Shown: positions 44,651 through 52,432, numbered from the stretch's first letter. The stretch: DNA of 64,000 bases from Candidatus Nealsonbacteria bacterium (GCA_047456295.1 CP179887.1:623159-687158), one strand, 5' to 3'. Notes: generated from the letters alone by a model not told the origin. Made by a program: numbers and translations.

Positions 44651-45829
44651 ATGTCTAAAACAATAATTACAATCATTATTATAATAGTTATAGCGGGAGT
44701 AGGTTATTGGATTTATCAATCAACGATAACACCTGAGGGATTAACTGAAATGGAACAAGCCTGTATAAACTCTGGAGGAAAAATCTCCACATCATTATGT
44801 TGTAAATCAACTGGTGATTTCCCTAACATATGCCTCATTGGTCCTTGTGGTTGCTCTCCAGAAAATAGTCATCAGGTGAAAGTTTGCGACTGTGGACCTG
44901 ACAAATGCTTTAATGGAAGCGAGTGTGTGTCTTCAGACGAGATTTTAACTCTTCTTGAAAACCTTGAGCAAGAAACTGGGATAGATTTTTCAGAGATACA
45001 ACCAGTTGAATTTAAATGGGTTGTTAAAGTAGATCCAAAAGTAGAAGAAGTGGATATAGAAGGAAAAGGATTTGAAGCTAAACGTATATCGAATGGACAG
45101 TACGACAGTGTTGAATCTTTTCTCATAGATAGAGGTTTTGAAAAGAACCTTTACAATATAGCTGATGCCACTTTTGTTGGATTGGTGGGATATAAAAAAG
45201 ACCAGATTGTTTGTACGGTTTCTGGAGGGGCTACTGGGTACAAAGAAGCAGAGGGTCAGTGGATTCCACCAGAACCTGATAAAAAGGATGTAACGGTAAA
45301 ATGTGGTAAAGGAAGCGGGTTGACTGAACCCTTAGTTTCTACAGAAGAGGCAGTAAAGAAGCTTTTGGCTGAAAAATACAATAAGAAAATGGCAGAAGTA
45401 ACCATAAATATTAGCCAAGAGACAGAAAATCATGTTAAGGGTGGAGTTGTATTTCAGCCAGGTGGGCCTGAAAATTCAGGCATGTTTTTAGCAGCTAAAG
45501 AAAATGGTAGTTGGAAATTAGTACATGATGGCCAGGGAGCTATCCCTTGTTTAGATATTGAGCCTTATAATTTTCCAGTATATATGGTTATTGAATGTTT
45601 TGATGAAGAAACTGGAAAAGTAAAAGACAGAGCAGGAGAAGCATGTATCAATTCGGGAGGCGAAGCAACAACTTCTCTATGCTGTAAAGCAACCAGCGAT
45701 TATCCAAACCTTTGTCTTGTTGGTCCCTGCGGTTGTTCACCAGAAAATAGTCATCAAGTAAAAATTTGTGATTGTGGAGAGAACAAATGCTTTGATGGAG
45801 AACAGTGTATTGATGTTTCTTCAAAATAA
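44651..45829 (+). CDS. membrane-anchored cysteine-rich protein carrying the 10-Cys module at both ends (paralog of 27117..28247)
   Basis: N-terminal 95 aa ~85% identical to 27117..28247. The module recurs at the C-terminus (EACINSGGEATTSLCCKATSDYPNLCLVGPCGCSPENSHQVKICDCGENKCFDGEQC). Confidence 0.75.
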   Translation: MSKTIITIIIIIVIAGVGYWIYQSTITPEGLTEMEQACINSGGKISTSLCCKSTGDFPNICLIGPCGCSPENSHQVKVCDCGPDKCFNGSECVSSDEILTLLENLEQETGIDFSEIQPVEFKWVVKVDPKVEEVDIEGKGFEAKRISNGQYDSVESFLIDRGFEKNLYNIADATFVGLVGYKKDQIVCTVSGGATGYKEAEGQWIPPEPDKKDVTVKCGKGSGLTEPLVSTEEAVKKLLAEKYNKKMAEVTINISQETENHVKGGVVFQPGGPENSGMFLAAKENGSWKLVHDGQGAIPCLDIEPYNFPVYMVIECFDEETGKVKDRAGEACINSGGEATTSLCCKATSDYPNLCLVGPCGCSPENSHQVKICDCGENKCFDGEQCIDVSSK

Positions 45830-45855
45830 ATAACTGAAATATCTTTTATTTTGTT

Positions 45856-45887
45856 AAACAGGTTCTAACATCGTCCACGATGCGGAG
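45856..45887 (+). repeat. junction core motif type 1 (3' part diverged)
   Basis: AAACAGGTTCTAACATCGTCCACGATGCGGAG. Confidence 0.85.
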
Positions 45888-46048
45888 AAGTTGATTATTT
45901 AATTTGACAAAATAAGTGTTAGATATATACTTAAATAACTTTTCTTTTTACAAAGGAGAATGTCGTACTTTCTAAATCTTACGTTGAATCTTTTATCTGT
46001 GAGAACTTAGAAGTAGGTCGGTAAGTTTAATAAGTTTTTCTTAAAAAA

Positions 46049-46357
46049 ATGACAAATAAGGTTTATGTGGGAAATCTTTCTTTTGACACGACTGAAGACG
46101 CTTTAAAAGATTTGTTTTCCCAGGCCGGAACAGTAGATTCTGTTTCTATTATAATGGATAAATTCTCTGGCAGATCAAAAGGATTTGCATTCGTGGAGAT
46201 GTCTTCAGAAGAAGAAGCAAAAAAAGCGATAGAAACGCTTAATGGAAAAGAACTAGATGGAAGGAACATTGTAGTAGATGAAGCTAAGCCGATGGAAAAG
46301 AAACCTTTCAAAAAATTCTCTGGTGATCGTAGAGGATTTGATAAAAAGAGGTTTTAA
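46049..46357 (+). CDS. RRM-type RNA-binding protein
   Basis: RNP2 VYVGNL, RNP1 KGFAFVEM, basic C-terminal tail. ~110-nt 5' UTR downstream of TTGACA at 45904. Confidence 0.9.
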   Translation: MTNKVYVGNLSFDTTEDALKDLFSQAGTVDSVSIIMDKFSGRSKGFAFVEMSSEEEAKKAIETLNGKELDGRNIVVDEAKPMEKKPFKKFSGDRRGFDKKRF

Positions 46358-46508
46358 AAAAAGACTAGAATCAAATAATAAAGGAACCTTTCATAAAAGG
46401 TTCCTTTGTTTTATGTTCATCAACCATTTTTTAACATTGTCGTACAGGAAAAATCAGATAAATACTCATAATGGGCTTTAAATCTTTTAACCTTTCCTTA
46501 ATTTTCCT

Positions 46509-46545
46509 CCAATCAAGGGTTCTGAATGCGTCCAATAGGGAAGTC
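46509..46545 (+). repeat. junction core motif type 2
   Basis: CCAATCAAGGGTTCTGAATGCGTCCAATAGGGAAGTC. Confidence 0.8.
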
Positions 46546-46555
46546 ACGATAAAAA

Positions 46556-46585
46556 ATCGCCAATAAGACGATTCTTTGGTAAAGT
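46556..46585 (+). promoter_or_regulatory. hairpin + -10 module, leaderless geometry
   Basis: AATCG-ccaataaga-CGATT, CTT, TGGTAAAGT. ATG 46593 is 7 nt after the -10. Confidence 0.55.
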
Positions 46586-46592
46586 GAAAAGT

Positions 46593-47120
46593 ATGGAAGA
46601 TGAAAAACTTCATTATATAGTAGTTACTGGAATTATTATCAAAAAGGGAAAGTATTTAATTACAAGGAGAAGTTTAGAGGAAGCAGCATTTCCAGGTCTT
46701 TGGACTGTTCCAGGTGGAAAATTGAGAAAAAGTGATTATGTAGAGACTCCTAAAGACACTGGCGACCATTGGTATAATGTTCTGGAAAAACTCTTAGAAA
46801 GAGAGATACAAGAAGAGGTAGGATTAAAAATTAAAAACATCCATTATCTTTTAAGCTTGGCCTATATTCGTTCAGATAATATCCCAACCATGATTATTAG
46901 TCTTTATTGTGATTATGATTCAGGAAAGGTAATGCTTTCAGACGAACTGATAGAACATGCTTGGGTTACTGTAAATGATTTAAACAAATACAAATTTGTT
47001 CCTGGCTTAAGGGAAGAAATTGAGTTGGTTGATAAGGTCCTTAAGAAAGGCAAGCAGGATATGTGGAAGGGTAAATATGATACTGCTTCAAATGGAAGTT
47101 TGAGAGATGGTCATGGGTAA
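46593..47120 (+). CDS. Nudix hydrolase
   Basis: Nudix box GGKL...(insert)...EKLLEREIQEEVGL. The track start GTG 46584 lies in the -10 box, so ATG 46593 is preferred. Confidence 0.8.
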   Translation: MEDEKLHYIVVTGIIIKKGKYLITRRSLEEAAFPGLWTVPGGKLRKSDYVETPKDTGDHWYNVLEKLLEREIQEEVGLKIKNIHYLLSLAYIRSDNIPTMIISLYCDYDSGKVMLSDELIEHAWVTVNDLNKYKFVPGLREEIELVDKVLKKGKQDMWKGKYDTASNGSLRDGHG

Positions 47121-47150
47121 ACAGGTTCTGACATCGTTCTCCACCTGGAC
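47119..47150 (+). repeat. junction core motif type 1 (last copy, 3' part diverged)
   Basis: AAACAGGTTCTGACATCGTTCTCCACCTGGAC. Overlaps the Nudix stop codon (GGGTAAACAGG). Confidence 0.8.
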
Positions 47151-47165
47151 AGGTTGTGGTAAAGA

Positions 47166-47181
47166 GATTTTTTGATAGAAT
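47166..47181 (+). promoter_or_regulatory. extended -10 promoter, leaderless geometry
   Basis: T6 then TGATAGAAT. ATG 47188 is 6 nt after TAGAAT. Confidence 0.55.
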
Positions 47182-47187
47182 AAGGAT

Positions 47188-47676
47188 ATGGTTAAAATTA
47201 AACAATCATTTAAAACAGGTCTGGGTTTTGGATTAATGTCAGGAATTATCACTACCTTGGGATTAATGGTGGGATTACATTCAGGTACCCATTCAAGAAA
47301 AGTACTTATAGGGGGAATTTTAGTTATTGCAGTTGCTGATGCTTTTTCAGACGCCTTAGGGATTCATGTTTCTGAAGAGTCAGACAGAGAGCGCAGTCAA
47401 AGAGAAATCTGGGAATCAACCATCTCTACTTTTTTTTCCAAATTTATCATTGCCTTGACATTCATAATCCCCATTTTATTTTTTGTATTACCTGTTGCAA
47501 TAATTGTTGGCATATTGTGGGGATTGTTTTTAATTGGAGTTTTTAGTTTCTATATTGCAGAACAGAAAAGAGAAAAGCCTTATACGATTGTTTTAGAACA
47601 CCTTACCATTGCTATTTTGGTTATTGTGATTACCCACTATGTCGGTGTTTGGGTGGCAACTTTTAGTTTAGCGTAA
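47188..47676 (+). CDS. VIT1/CCC1-like membrane protein (tentative)
   Basis: GLGFGLMSGIITTLGLMVGL...GGILVIAVADAFSDALGIHVSEES resembles the N-terminal helix pair of VIT-family transporters. 4-5 TMs. Confidence 0.4.
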   Translation: MVKIKQSFKTGLGFGLMSGIITTLGLMVGLHSGTHSRKVLIGGILVIAVADAFSDALGIHVSEESDRERSQREIWESTISTFFSKFIIALTFIIPILFFVLPVAIIVGILWGLFLIGVFSFYIAEQKREKPYTIVLEHLTIAILVIVITHYVGVWVATFSLA

Positions 47677-47773
47677 AATAGGGAAGTTTGTGAATTTTTA
47701 AAATAAAGGTTGAACAATAATTTTATAACGCAAAACACATAGCCTCTATTGTATGTTATGTGTTTCATCTTCT

Positions 47774-48661
47774 ATGGAAACAATTGGTCTTGTAACCGAA
47801 GAGGCAGCTGATTTGCCTCAAGAAATAATCCAAGAACATCAGATAGTAATAGTGCCGGTGAAATTAGATTGGCCGGAAATAAAAGATTTGCCCGGAGAAA
47901 ATACTTTTCAGAAAATGAGGGAAGCAGAAAAGAGAGGGATTAAGAGTTTTGGTAAAACTTCTCAACCCTCACCCAAAGATTTCCTGAATGCTTTCCAGCA
48001 GCAGCTGGAAAGATTTAATAATATTCTTTGTATTACAATTACCTCCAAGCTTTCTGGTACCCATAATTCGGCAATTCAAGCAAAGAAATTTTTGTCCTCT
48101 GAACAGCAGAAAAAGGTTTTTATCATTGATTCCCTAAATGCTAGTGCTGGAGAAAGCCTTTTTCTTCTTCGAGCAATTGATTTAATAAGAAAGGGAAAGG
48201 AGATAGAGGAGATTGTAAAGGAATTAGAAGAGCTTATTCCTCAAGTTCATCTTTTTTTAATGTTTGAGGATTCGAAATGGTTGGAAGCCAGCGGACGGAT
48301 TTCACCTCTTGTAGCTGCTTTAATAAAAAGAATGGCAAAAGTAGAGATTCGTCCTCTATTGGTTTTTAAAAAAGGAGTATTGGTTCCAGCCGGTATAAAG
48401 TTTGGTGCCAAAGACATACCCACAGCCTTGTTTAAACATTTTAAGAGAGAGGTAAAAAAATCAGGAAAAGAAGAAAAGAAAATCAGGGTGGTTATTACTC
48501 ACGGCGATGACCTCAAAGGAGCTCAGAGATTGAAAGAAATGATGGAAAAAGAATTCAAAAATACCAAGGTATTTTTTATTAATATTATTGACGATATCCT
48601 TGCTTCTTTGGTTGGTCCCAATGGTTTAGTTTGTGCCTGGTGTGAGGAAAAAGAGTCATAA
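47774..48661 (+). CDS. degV: DegV-family fatty-acid-binding protein
   Basis: IGLVTEEAADLP start, TSQPSPKDFLNAF and ITITSKLSGTHNSA blocks. The Met at 47774 fits family N-termini better than 47753. Confidence 0.85.
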   Translation: METIGLVTEEAADLPQEIIQEHQIVIVPVKLDWPEIKDLPGENTFQKMREAEKRGIKSFGKTSQPSPKDFLNAFQQQLERFNNILCITITSKLSGTHNSAIQAKKFLSSEQQKKVFIIDSLNASAGESLFLLRAIDLIRKGKEIEEIVKELEELIPQVHLFLMFEDSKWLEASGRISPLVAALIKRMAKVEIRPLLVFKKGVLVPAGIKFGAKDIPTALFKHFKREVKKSGKEEKKIRVVITHGDDLKGAQRLKEMMEKEFKNTKVFFINIIDDILASLVGPNGLVCAWCEEKES

Positions 48662-48734
48662 AAACCAGGTTGGGAAAACAGGAAATATCAACAGACAAAG
48701 GTCGAGAATTAATTAAATAAAATATCTACTTATT

Positions 48735-49016
48735 ATGGCTAACTTTGTAATAAAAAAAGACGGAACAAAAGAGCCGTTTGACGCCGAAAAGATTAAAAAA
48801 TCAATTGCAGGTGCAACCCAGAGGACTGATATCCCAGAGGAGCGAAAAAATGAGATAGTGGAGCAGGTTTCAAGTACAGTATTGCAGATGACAGGAGAAA
48901 AAGAGGAAATCACAACAACAGAGATAAAAGAAAAGATTCTTAGTGAGCTAGATACCATTGAACCTTCTGTATCAGAGTCCTGGAGAAAGTACGAGCAAGA
49001 AAAAGGCAAGGCTTAA
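48735..49016 (+). CDS. stand-alone ATP-cone domain protein
   Basis: VIKKDGTKEPFDAEKIKKSIAGA is the ATP-cone start (V-x-KRDG-x-x-E-x-F-x-x-x-KI). 93 aa. Confidence 0.7.
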   Translation: MANFVIKKDGTKEPFDAEKIKKSIAGATQRTDIPEERKNEIVEQVSSTVLQMTGEKEEITTTEIKEKILSELDTIEPSVSESWRKYEQEKGKA

Positions 49017-49243
49017 CAGATAGTATTTCCTCATTTTTTAATCTATCTTAGAGGAAGTTATCTAAATAGCTGGAGAGCGCGGCTTTAAGTTTTAAATTTC
49101 TTTTTGAAAAGAATTTTAAATCAATTAACAAAGAAGCCCTTTAAAAAGCTTCTTTGTTTTTTGAAAAAGGTTTCATTTTGTATAAAATAAAGCTTATTAA
49201 ATATTTATTGATAAATAATTAAGATATAATAAAATTAGGAATT

Positions 49244-50608
49244 ATGAGTTTTCTTAAAGAACCTAAAACTAATTGGAAATACATTTTGATTATAGTGGTT
49301 TTAGCCACCATCCTGGGAGGAGGAATTTTGGGTTATACAGGAGAGCTTATGGAAGAGTTGAGTTTTAATAATAATTATCCAGAGATAAAAAGACCTGAAA
49401 GGAAATCTCCATATCTTAAATTCTTCGAAGAAATAAGAGAAGAATTAATTTTTAAAAAAGCTGATTTTTTGGAAGCTAATCTCTCTGAAATGAAGATAAG
49501 GGTTTTCCAGCAAGGCCTCCCCAAAGAAGAAACCCTTATTTTGACAAAAGGAGATCCCCAGGGGTGGGGAGGGTCAGCCGCGGGTCTTTATCAGGTGATT
49601 TCAGGAAATAAATTAAGCTTTTCAGCTGTATCAGATGTATACATGCCCTATGCCCTTAAATACTACGGGAAGTATTATATTCACGGAGAACCTTATTATT
49701 CCTGGGGAGAGAAACTTATTTCTTCGGTATCAGGAGGTTGTTTGCGTCAGAGTGACCAGGATGCAAAGACTATTTATGAATTAGCCGAGATAGGTATGCC
49801 CCTTCTTGTTATAGATAAAACAAAAGATACCTATAAGTATTTTAATAAGGAATTAACCCGGTTTCCAAAGATTTCTGTCCAGAGTTATTTGGTGGCTGAC
49901 CTGGATTCAGGATATGTTTTTAGCCAGAAGGATTATCAGAAACAGTTGCCCATAGCCTCTTTAACAAAATTAATGACAGCCGTGGTTGTAGCTGAAAATG
50001 TTGATTTAAGAAAATCTATCCTGGTAAGGGAAGAAATGCTTAATGGTTACGGTTCCACCCAAGGTTTGGAATCAGATGAAAGATTCAGCGTGGTAGAATT
50101 GTTTTACCCTCTTTTAATAGAATCTTCTAATGATGCTGCTGAAGTGCTTAGTTATTTCTTGGGTAGAGAAAGAACCATTAATTTAATGAATGAAAAGGCT
50201 GAAGCTATTTTAATGGAACAGACAGAATTCTTTGATTCTTCTGGTTTTAATCCTAAAAATGTCAGTACTGCCAGAGACCTGTTTTATCTAGCAAGATACA
50301 TATTCAACAATCGTTTTCCTATTTTAAAGATTAGCAAAGGGAAAGAGGTTCAAAGCTTTGGAGAGATTGATTTTGATATTAAGGATTTGTGGAATAAAAA
50401 CATCTTTATTGCTGACACCACTTTTGTCGGGGGAAAGACAGGATTTACTCGGGCATCTAAAAATACCGGCCTCTTTATATTTCGTTTAACCAGTGAGGAT
50501 AATGAAGATCGTAATCTGGTAATTATTCTTCTTGGAGCCGGAAACATTAAAAGAGACACTCAAAAGATTTATATATGGCTTACAGAAAATTACTTTAAAA
50601 AGGGATAG
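49244..50608 (+). CDS. fusion of L,D-transpeptidase (YkuD) and D-Ala-D-Ala carboxypeptidase (peptidase S11 / PBP5-like)
   Basis: YkuD: YYIHGEPYY...SSVSGGCLRQSDQDAKTIYE (H...SxGC-x-R). S11: ASLTKLMTA (SxxK), ESSNDAA (SxN), GGKTGFT (KTG). N-terminal TM anchor. Confidence 0.85.
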   Translation: MSFLKEPKTNWKYILIIVVLATILGGGILGYTGELMEELSFNNNYPEIKRPERKSPYLKFFEEIREELIFKKADFLEANLSEMKIRVFQQGLPKEETLILTKGDPQGWGGSAAGLYQVISGNKLSFSAVSDVYMPYALKYYGKYYIHGEPYYSWGEKLISSVSGGCLRQSDQDAKTIYELAEIGMPLLVIDKTKDTYKYFNKELTRFPKISVQSYLVADLDSGYVFSQKDYQKQLPIASLTKLMTAVVVAENVDLRKSILVREEMLNGYGSTQGLESDERFSVVELFYPLLIESSNDAAEVLSYFLGRERTINLMNEKAEAILMEQTEFFDSSGFNPKNVSTARDLFYLARYIFNNRFPILKISKGKEVQSFGEIDFDIKDLWNKNIFIADTTFVGGKTGFTRASKNTGLFIFRLTSEDNEDRNLVIILLGAGNIKRDTQKIYIWLTENYFKKG

Positions 50609-50699
50609 ATTAATCAGTTCCACTTACAGGAATTTATCTCAACTTTTTATTTTTTTGATATTTTGCTAAAATAATAATATATAATCATTAAAAGACATC

Positions 50700-51305
50700 A
50701 TGGAAGAAATTCTTACCAAAGAAACAGCTAAAAAATTGATGGATATTAAAGGAGAAATAAGAGGGATTGTTTTTAAAACAGATGTCACTTTTATTCTCAA
50801 AGAAAAAGGAGAAGAAGGGCTTAAAAAATTAGAAGCTGAGATGGAAAGATTGGGTTATCCATTTAAATATAATACAATAAAAACATCGGAATTTTATCCC
50901 ATAGGATTGAGAATAATTTCTCTTTTGTTGATAAAGCAAATCTTTGGTTTTTCTGAGGAAAAAATTGAAGAGATGGGATTTTTGGCTATCAAGTTTTCTC
51001 CATTACTCAGAATTATTACGAAACTCTTTTTGAATTTTGAAAAGATATTCTTTTCAAGGGGGCCAGAGCTTTTTAAAAAAATTGTGAGGGTTGGTGAAAT
51101 TATTCCTGTAATAATTGATACTAAAAAGAAAGAGGCAATAATTAGATTTAAAGATTTAGATCTTCATCCTATTTATTGCAGGTACTTGAAAGGCGGTCTT
51201 TTAGGTTTTTTCAAAGTAGCTACTGGTGTCCAGATAATAACCTGTCAAGAAACAAAGTGTACCTTTCAGGGGGATGAATATCACGAATTTTTACTAAAGT
51301 GGTAA
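50700..51305 (+). CDS. V4R/DUF2378-like protein (paralog of 30779..31378)
   Basis: 201 aa. Co-linear similarity along the whole length. Same C-terminus CQETKCTFQGDEYHEFLLKW. Confidence 0.4.
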   Translation: MEEILTKETAKKLMDIKGEIRGIVFKTDVTFILKEKGEEGLKKLEAEMERLGYPFKYNTIKTSEFYPIGLRIISLLLIKQIFGFSEEKIEEMGFLAIKFSPLLRIITKLFLNFEKIFFSRGPELFKKIVRVGEIIPVIIDTKKKEAIIRFKDLDLHPIYCRYLKGGLLGFFKVATGVQIITCQETKCTFQGDEYHEFLLKW

Positions 51306-51338
51306 AATTTTTATCTTTAATAGTCAGAACCGGAAAAA

Positions 51339-51401
51339 ATCGCCGCTCCGTCGCTTAAGCTATGAAGCGTCGGCGACAAGAAGGCGGTTTTTTAGTAGAA
51401 T
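51339..51401 (+). promoter_or_regulatory. long hairpin + T-run + TAGTAGAAT promoter module, leaderless geometry
   Basis: TCGCCG...CGCTT-aagctatg-AAGCG...CGGCGA, then GGCGG-T6-AGTAGAAT. ATG 51408 is 6 nt after TAGAAT. Confidence 0.55.
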
Positions 51402-51407
51402 AAGAAT

Positions 51408-52310
51408 ATGAAAACAGTAGCAAAAATTATTATTACCTTATTTATTATTGTAATTATATTGGTGGGTATTTGGTTTTCTTTAGATTCTTTTACTAAATGT
51501 AAGTTGATTTACGGAAAAAATATCTGTAATTTTTATGAAATGATGGATACTGTAAGTCATAGTCCTGAAAGTTCTGATTTCGAGAAAGCAATGCAGCTAT
51601 GTCGGGAGATGGAAGATGTTCCTAAAAAGGACGGTTGTTTTGAGTATATCGCCGAGGTGGTTTCTTTTTACGATTTTGAAAAAGCAAAACAGGCGTGCGA
51701 TGAAATGGTTGGCTACGGTTTGGTTTATCGTAAGGATGGGTGTTATCAAAAGATTCAGACATCAGTCGAAGAGAGATTAGCTGAATCTGTGGTTGTCGCC
51801 TTTATGGAAGCTCGCTTGCAGAGAGATGAAGAATTGGCTTTTTCTTGGCTTACTGACAATGCTGAGGGACAATATCTTTTACGGAGCGATTTACCCTTAA
51901 CTGGGCTTTCTAATCCTTATTTTGCTGACTTTGAGATTCGGGAGATAGAAAAATTAGCTTCCACCCTGTTTAAATTTAAAATAAGGATTTATGAAGACTA
52001 TACAAGAGAGGGAAGGGTGGGGTATTTTGAAGAGGTATTGATTGTAATTAAAATCGGAGATAGATACTTAATTGATTCGGTAAAACGGGGTGAATATTTT
52101 AATGTAAAGGGTGAGTTTTGTGGTTTGTCTACATATGGCCAATGTGTTTCTGATTCAGACTGCATAGTGGGTGGTTGTTCTGGTCATGTTTGCCAGTCTA
52201 AGGACGAACAACAAATAATAACTACCTGTGAGTGGATAGATTGCTACAATGTGAAAACCTACGGTGTTGAATGTAAATGTGTAGATAATAAGTGCCAGTG
52301 GTTAAAATAG
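51408..52310 (+). CDS. membrane-anchored protein: shared MltG-C-terminal-like domain plus C-terminal eight-cysteine cluster
   Basis: TM IIITLFIIVIILVGIWF. The middle FMEARLQRDE...LFKFKIRIYEDYTREGRVGYFEEVLIVIK...VKRGEYFNV aligns with the tail of 36512..37810. End is CGLSTYGQCVSDSDCIVGGCSGHVCQ...CEWIDCYNVKTYGVECKCVDNKCQW. Confidence 0.6.
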   Translation: MKTVAKIIITLFIIVIILVGIWFSLDSFTKCKLIYGKNICNFYEMMDTVSHSPESSDFEKAMQLCREMEDVPKKDGCFEYIAEVVSFYDFEKAKQACDEMVGYGLVYRKDGCYQKIQTSVEERLAESVVVAFMEARLQRDEELAFSWLTDNAEGQYLLRSDLPLTGLSNPYFADFEIREIEKLASTLFKFKIRIYEDYTREGRVGYFEEVLIVIKIGDRYLIDSVKRGEYFNVKGEFCGLSTYGQCVSDSDCIVGGCSGHVCQSKDEQQIITTCEWIDCYNVKTYGVECKCVDNKCQWLK

Positions 52311-52432
52311 TTTATATCCAATAGTTAATCCAAAGAGCTTTAAAAGAACTGAGTGAGTTTTTTTAAAAAAAGTCATAAAAGGCTTTTTTCTGTTCAACAA
52401 AAAATAAAAGTTATAGAAAAATAGTAAGAAGA

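Noticed and set aside
26895-47150. CRISPR array interpretation of the recurring ~33-nt motif
   Set aside because: Spacing between copies is 0.3-4.6 kb and is filled with protein-coding genes. The copies are not regularly spaced by 25-50-nt spacers, and no cas genes are present.
26895-47150. Canonical integron attC sites (R''-L''...L'-R' imperfect palindromes) and intI
   Set aside because: TTCTAAC in the core resembles an R'' box (RYYYAAC), and GGTAGAA in the downstream TGGTAGAAT could pair with it (6 of 7). However, the adjacent positions (L''/L') show no complementarity, and the right-hand box is better explained as a -10 promoter. No GTTRRRY box is conserved and no intI is in the window. 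I keep only the looser 'integron-like' analogy.
33627-47774. ORF-track start codons at 33627 (TTG), 46584 (GTG) and 47753 (ATG)
   Set aside because: The first two fall inside the TGGTAGAAT / TGGTAAAGT promoter boxes. In-frame ATGs 18 and 9 nt downstream fit the recurrent -10 + 6-8 nt + ATG geometry. For DegV the Met at 47774 matches the family N-terminus (M-x-IGLVTE-x-A-DLP).
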